A stretch of DNA of 57,123 nt, counting the filler, from Bipalium vagum (Eukaryota): NCBI GenBank assembly GCA_037834085.1. It is 3 parts of 3 records of this genome, joined end to end, with 100 filler letters (N's around TTAATTAATTAA, not from the genome) between each part and the next. Parts side by side here need not be neighbours in the genome. Positions count along the whole stretch, not along the records: positions 41,511 to 57,123 come from JBBMKC010156152.1; 2 more parts are not named here. One strand, written 5' to 3'. The position numbers and the translations under genes were made by a program. Positions 52,180 through 57,123 of this stretch are shown piece after piece; the first letter of the stretch is position 1; each line of letters begins with the position of its first letter. The notes below the pieces were generated by a model. The model was not told where the DNA came from. It was given only the letters and a program-made list of their open reading frames with translations, and ran no database searches.

Positions 52180-52830
52180 TACAGGGCTTATTTACGAAAA
52201 AAAAACTTTAAATTAAATTATACTCTAAAAAATTAGTAAATAAATAGCGTATTATGATGAATTCTTCAAATGAGTCAAGTGAAGCTGTCATTATTAAAAA
52301 ACGAAAATCTTACACAATTAAAGAAAAGTTAATTGCTATAAGCAAACTTTCTGAGTGTGGAGGTAATGTTGCTGAAGCCTCTAGGCAGCTAGGCATTGAT
52401 AGAAAATGTTTAAGAACGTGGAGAGATTCGCGATCACTATTGGTAAATGTCAAAAAGCCCAGTGTAGCAAGAAAATCAGGGCAATCAGGGAGAAAAGCAT
52501 TTTTTCCTGAGTTGGAAATTAAGCTTTTTGAATGGCTAAAACACGAAAGATGTGTTAAAAAACAATTGTCAACTACAGGCGCTTAAGAGATTGTGTCGAT
52601 CAATTAAAAATCGATTTAAACATAAGTGATCTTAAATGTAGTGACAAGTGGATATTTAATTTTTGTAAACGTCACGGGTTGAGCAAACGGCGAATCACGT
52701 ATATAAGAATTTTTATTTTTGAAAATATGCCCAGGGCTTATTTTTAGAGGGGCTTACTTTCGGAAGGGCTTATTTTTGGAAAATTTGGAACATGTTTTAT
52801 AGATTAGGGCTTATTTTCGGAAAACCCCGG
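52180..52830 (+). mobile_element. Internally deleted pogo-type element retaining its DNA-binding region
   Basis: KRKSYTIKEKL...ASRQLGIDRKCLRTWR (Brinker-like HTH); FPELEIKLFEW...SDKWIFNFCKRHGLSKRRIT (CENP-B HTH); AGGGCTTATTTT subterminal repeats; end CCCCGG|TA. Confidence 0.85.
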
Positions 52831-53500
52831 TACATAGTACTTTCAGCAATAGCAAGACAGGACAATAATACTGTAGTCAAGATATTCCAAAACAATTGGG
52901 TCTTAAAATTTGGTGCTCCTTAAGAGATACATGCAGATTGTGGAAAATGTTTTGAGTCCCAAGAATTTAAACGACTGGCAGCGGATAGGAGCAGACTTGA
53001 TTTTCTCTAGCCCATATCACCATAATACAAATGGAATCGTTGAACGACAATTTTGAACCATAAGAGAGTATGTAAATGCAACCTTAAAGGATAGAAAGAA
53101 CACCGATTCGGCAGAAATTTTACCAGAAATTGAATATAGTTTAAATGTATCGGTACAAAAAATAATTCGAATGAGTCCAGTGGAATTAATTTTAGGTCAG
53201 AAAATAAATCGAGAAAGATGGTTCAGTGGGAATCAAATAGCTAGAAACGAAGCCATTTTGAAAATCACAAAAGAATTAAAAGAGGTGAGTAGCCAGAAAA
53301 TCAGAAGGGAGTTTACGATCGGAGAAATGGTCATGGTTAAGAAAGAAGTTCGAACCAAAGATCAAGATCGATACGAGGGACCGTACGAAATCAAAAAGAA
53401 GATTCACGACAGATGCTACGAGATGACAGATTCGAAGGGAAAGAAAATAATCAGAAACATCAAAAAGATGAAGAAATACTTTAAAAGTGTGAGGATGTGA
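52831..53500 (+). mobile_element. Ty3/gypsy integrase 3' part
   Basis: WVLKFGAP*EIHADCGKCFES, SPYHHNTNGIVERQF, GPY/F motif RYEGPYEI. Confidence 0.9.
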
Positions 53501-54300
53501 GGATCTCAAAATCAAAACTAATTTAAATTAGTTTTGATTTTCAAAGTTTTGTTTAATTAGTTTTGTGATAGACAAACATAGATTTTTGAAAATGGATGTT
53601 GAAGATTTCTCTAATAATATCAACGTTACTAACAGTTTTAAATCCTCAATATTATTTACTTTCTTTAATTTCAACCTGAGCCATATTATATAATTTTCTT
53701 GCCCATTCTTCTTGAATTGGGTCACCTCTTCTTATGTATCTTATTCTATTATCACAATCACCAAAATAAAAATAATTTTTATTTGTTTCATTATCATAAG
53801 TTAAAGAATTTATTATTGATATTGCTAAACAAATTGTGTCGTTATTTTGAATTATGTTAATAGAATTCTGTGCAAAATTTTGTATTATTGTTAAGTTTTG
53901 GTATCGGGTTAGTTTTAGCTTGCTTATATCTTATGTAACTTTCCAAAACTTAACGTGGCTCGTTTATTATGAAATTGATCAGAAGGATTTAAAGTGTGTT
54001 ACGTTCGGTTTATGAGAAAGGCTGCGTTTATTTATGTTTATTTTTAATCGACTGGGTAACTGTAAATGGTTTGTTGATGAACAATAACTATGAATCAAAA
54101 CGTAAACGTATCTTTCAACAAATAAAAAGTTTTAATTACTAAGACAAAACAAAACAAAACGAGTTATTATTAGTTTAAAAACTTTATTTATTCAAAACTT
54201 TGTTGAACAAATAATAGATTGATTGTTGTTAGTAAATCCCGGAAAATGGTCAGAATAATGTTTATGCTCTTCGCTAAACCTAGCCTCAAGAGCCCTCAAA
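53496..54300 (+). mobile_element. Probable 3' LTR of the gypsy element
   Basis: Purine-rich AAAAGTGTGAGGA (PPT-like), then TGTGAGG...; candidate end CCCTCAAA. Confidence 0.5.
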
Positions 54301-56079
54301 AGTAAAAAGCGCCTCTTCGCCCTACTTGACGTTGAGAAGGCAAAAAAAATTAAATAGAAGAAGAGTAAAAAATTTAAAGGTTAATTGATTTTTTCGAAAG
54401 TATTCGGGGATCTATCCGTCTGCTTCGATTTGTTATTTAATTTAATTATTAATTTACTAACTTATGGTCAAGTTAGAAATCGAATTGTACAATTTAGATC
54501 AAATTGCAATTCAAGGTGATTTTAAATATGATTAAATATAAATTATAAATAACTATTTTTTACCGGAGTATAGTATTAACTTGATTTCTTGAAAAATTAT
54601 AGATCTTTATTTCTCGTCTCTTCGGATAGGTTCAAAGCCTTGCTGTCGATTGATTAAAATCCTTTAACTGAATGATTGACCGAATGTATCACGTTCCTTA
54701 GACTGATTGATTTTCTTATGGATCGTATTAATTCTTTGAGATGTTAGACTATGATCAATTTGAATGAATGAATTTTTTCCCTTTGTATGATCGAATCGTC
54801 TATAAGCTGATTTCCTTTCTTTTCTCTTCCTTTTTTGTTGCGACTTATATATTCAAAATTTTTAGTAATTTTAGATGACCTGTCAACTCTGATAATTCCT
54901 TGCTCGGGATAAATTGATATTTGATACACAATTTGATACATTTCGTTTGACAAGTTTGGAAATTTGATATCAGAATCTCTTGTTACTTTATTTTTCAATT
55001 ATCGTTCTGACCAAATTTTCTGTTGTTTTTGTTGTGTAGTACTGTATAAATATTTTTATATTTATACTAAATTTTTTATTTATCTTATATTTTTAGTAAC
55101 TTAAATATTCTATTAATATTTTTATTGAGACTTTTTAATTTAAATTTAATATCACTTTTTATTTTAAATAATGATTTTTATTATTTTTCATAATTTTAGA
55201 AAGATTCTTAATTTTTCATATTTTTTTAATTTTATTTTATATTTTAATTATTTATTTATTTTAATTATTTATTTAATTCTAAAGATATTACAGGATTTAC
55301 CAGCAATCACAATATTTCATTTTTTATACTTTTACCAAAATATTAAAACAATTGCATTTTATTACAGGTGAGTGAGGAAAAAGTGGGGTACACTTTGTGT
55401 TATTTACAAAAATTTTATAAAAGGTGCTACAGGTTTTTAATTCAAAAAAGTGGTAAAACCATTTTTAGGAGCTGCATCTAAAATTCATAGATCTGCTTAT
55501 CATTAATTTTGCGGATATTTTTGCACAAGAAAAGAGCAAAAACATGAAACAAATCATACTTAATGACTGGTTTCAAGTTATGGAAAAATGATTTTTTTTA
55601 ATAAACTTATCTATGGAGTTGTCTTATGTAATGGTGTGTTAAATAATTAAGTAACTTTTCAACTTCTAATTATTAATATTAGTCCAGACCAAATCTTGTT
55701 TTCAGTACACATAATTTCCATCTGCAACTTTATGACCTCCATTAAAATAAAATAGTAATAGGTGGAAGAAATGGCGTCTTTGATCTGCATTTCAAAGCTG
55801 TCAAATTTAATTAATAACGAATGGAATATAAATCAGTCTTATGAAAATAATTTAAATTTAAAAGTTAGATACAAAATAAGAATTGTTTCTTAAACATTAT
55901 AATTTAAAGTTCCATAAATTCTGTACAGATTCCTAAAATAGTTAATTTCGTAAAGTTTTCTTTCTCCACTTTGTTTTAATTTCAACTTTTATTACTAGTT
56001 ACCGCTTAACCAAATTTTGTTTTAAAATACTATTGATTGTTTTATTTATCAAGGATAAGTCTAGTTGCTCAATATTGTT

Positions 56080-56462
56080 ATGTATAAAGGTTATAATGTT
56101 TGTAGAGCATTAAGTGAATGATAACATGTTTTTTTTAAAGATTTTGTAGTCAATTCTGAAAGTGAAGAGTATGATTATCATTGTTGTTATAAGAACGACC
56201 CTGAATATTTTACAGATATGTGCTAAAATCGAAAGAAGGAAAGTTTATTCCAGTCGGTGGTTTCCAGGGTCAATCAATAGCTGTATTAACCAGTGGAGGA
56301 GATTCCCAAGGTATGAATGCTGCTGTAAAATCAGCTGTTCGAATGGGACTGTACTGTGGAGCTACTGTTTACTTTGTCTTTGAAGGACTACAGGGCTTAA
56401 TAGATGGAGGACTTAATATTAGAGAAGCTTATTGGGCTGACGTTTCCGGAATGATTCATTTG
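56080..56462 (+). CDS. pfk: ATP-dependent 6-phosphofructokinase, 5' exons (56080-56089, 56141-56168, 56216-56462); continues beyond the window
   Basis: [24 protein letters not shown]...[28 protein letters not shown], then donor TTG|gtat just before the expected GGT..GSARC; the two upstream micro-exons are less certain. Confidence 0.93.
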
Positions 56463-56619
56463 GTATATTATTATGAAAAGATTATTGAATTTTAATAGCT
56501 GCCCCGTAATAAAAAGCGGTCATTTTGCAAGTTCAATTTTAATCGCAATTATTTTACATATTAAATTAGTTGCAATTTAAATAAAATTAGATTTAATTAT
56601 TAGGTAGGCTTAAATAATA

Positions 56620-57123
56620 TCCTATCTAGATACATTTTAAAACTTAATAGCAGATAAGTCACATATTAGTCACTACTGTAAGAATTCGACAGAGGCTTCT
56701 AGTGAAAGTGTTGGCCACCTAAGGATAAAAAATGAGTAGGAGTCTATGAGGATTATGATTTCATATGCAAATCTAATAAGAGATATAAAAGAACTATTTT
56801 GGAAGAAAATTGTCATTTCCGATGAAAAGTTGATTTTATCTGAGAACCCTGATTGTCAGCGTCAATGGCTTCCTGCAGAACAGAATCCAATTCCAACTGC
56901 AAGATAACCAATACACGGTAAGAATTTTTTTTGTGGTGTGGTAGGACTGGAAGAGAATATATTTATTGGGAGGTGCTTGATTGGGCAAATCATTGTGTTA
57001 AGTTTTTCTTTGGATTAACGAGACTTAATTGAGTTGTTACTCTTAAAAAACTTAACGAAGCTCGAAATTTAATCAGAAGGGTTTATAGTGTGTAACGTTC
57101 AGATGAGTAATAAGGTTGCGTTG
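56620..57123 (+). mobile_element. mariner remnant in the PFK intron
   Basis: KELFWKKIVISDEKLILSENPDCQRQWLP..NPIPTAR..IHGK. Confidence 0.75.

Noticed and set aside
54744-54998. 84-aa minus-strand ORF continuing past stops
   Set aside because: Looks like decayed coding sequence of unknown origin; no motif to support a call
56220-56495. GTG-initiated 91-aa PFK ORF
   Set aside because: This is an internal exon: acceptor at 56215, donor at 56463; the tail is intron read-through

Overview
Very AT-rich eukaryotic (metazoan) genomic DNA with two 100-nt scaffold gaps. A planarian/triclad flatworm is my best guess, from the 43-54 nt mini-introns, (AAT)n/(CAT)n microsatellites, dense mariner fossils and a flatworm-like PFK N-terminus; this is inference only. 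Host genes that can be reconstructed by hand: (1) a JIP3/JIP4 (Sunday driver/UNC-16) scaffold gene on the minus strand, with 14 phase-compatible coding exons from 20626 down to 269 (526 codons) that run off the left edge; (2) an intronless 228-aa orphan ORF (46626-45940, minus) head-to-head with (3) a two-exon gene (46996-47701, plus) for a 154-aa secreted precursor: signal peptide, single EGF-like domain, KRR, acidic spacer, RFKR, His/Asp-rich tail; (4) the 5' end of 6-phosphofructokinase (56080->56462, plus). The rest is largely transposon debris: mariner DD34D, Tc1 DD34E, maT DD37D, DD37E, a probable DD41D, pogo/Tigger elements and a young MITE, Ty3/gypsy fragments with a probable LTR, a Maverick/Polinton integrase tail, a decayed SF1-helicase-like relic and a tRNA-derived element inside a hairpin. 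The best candidate for something undescribed is the EGF/His-rich prohormone-like precursor and its divergent orphan partner.
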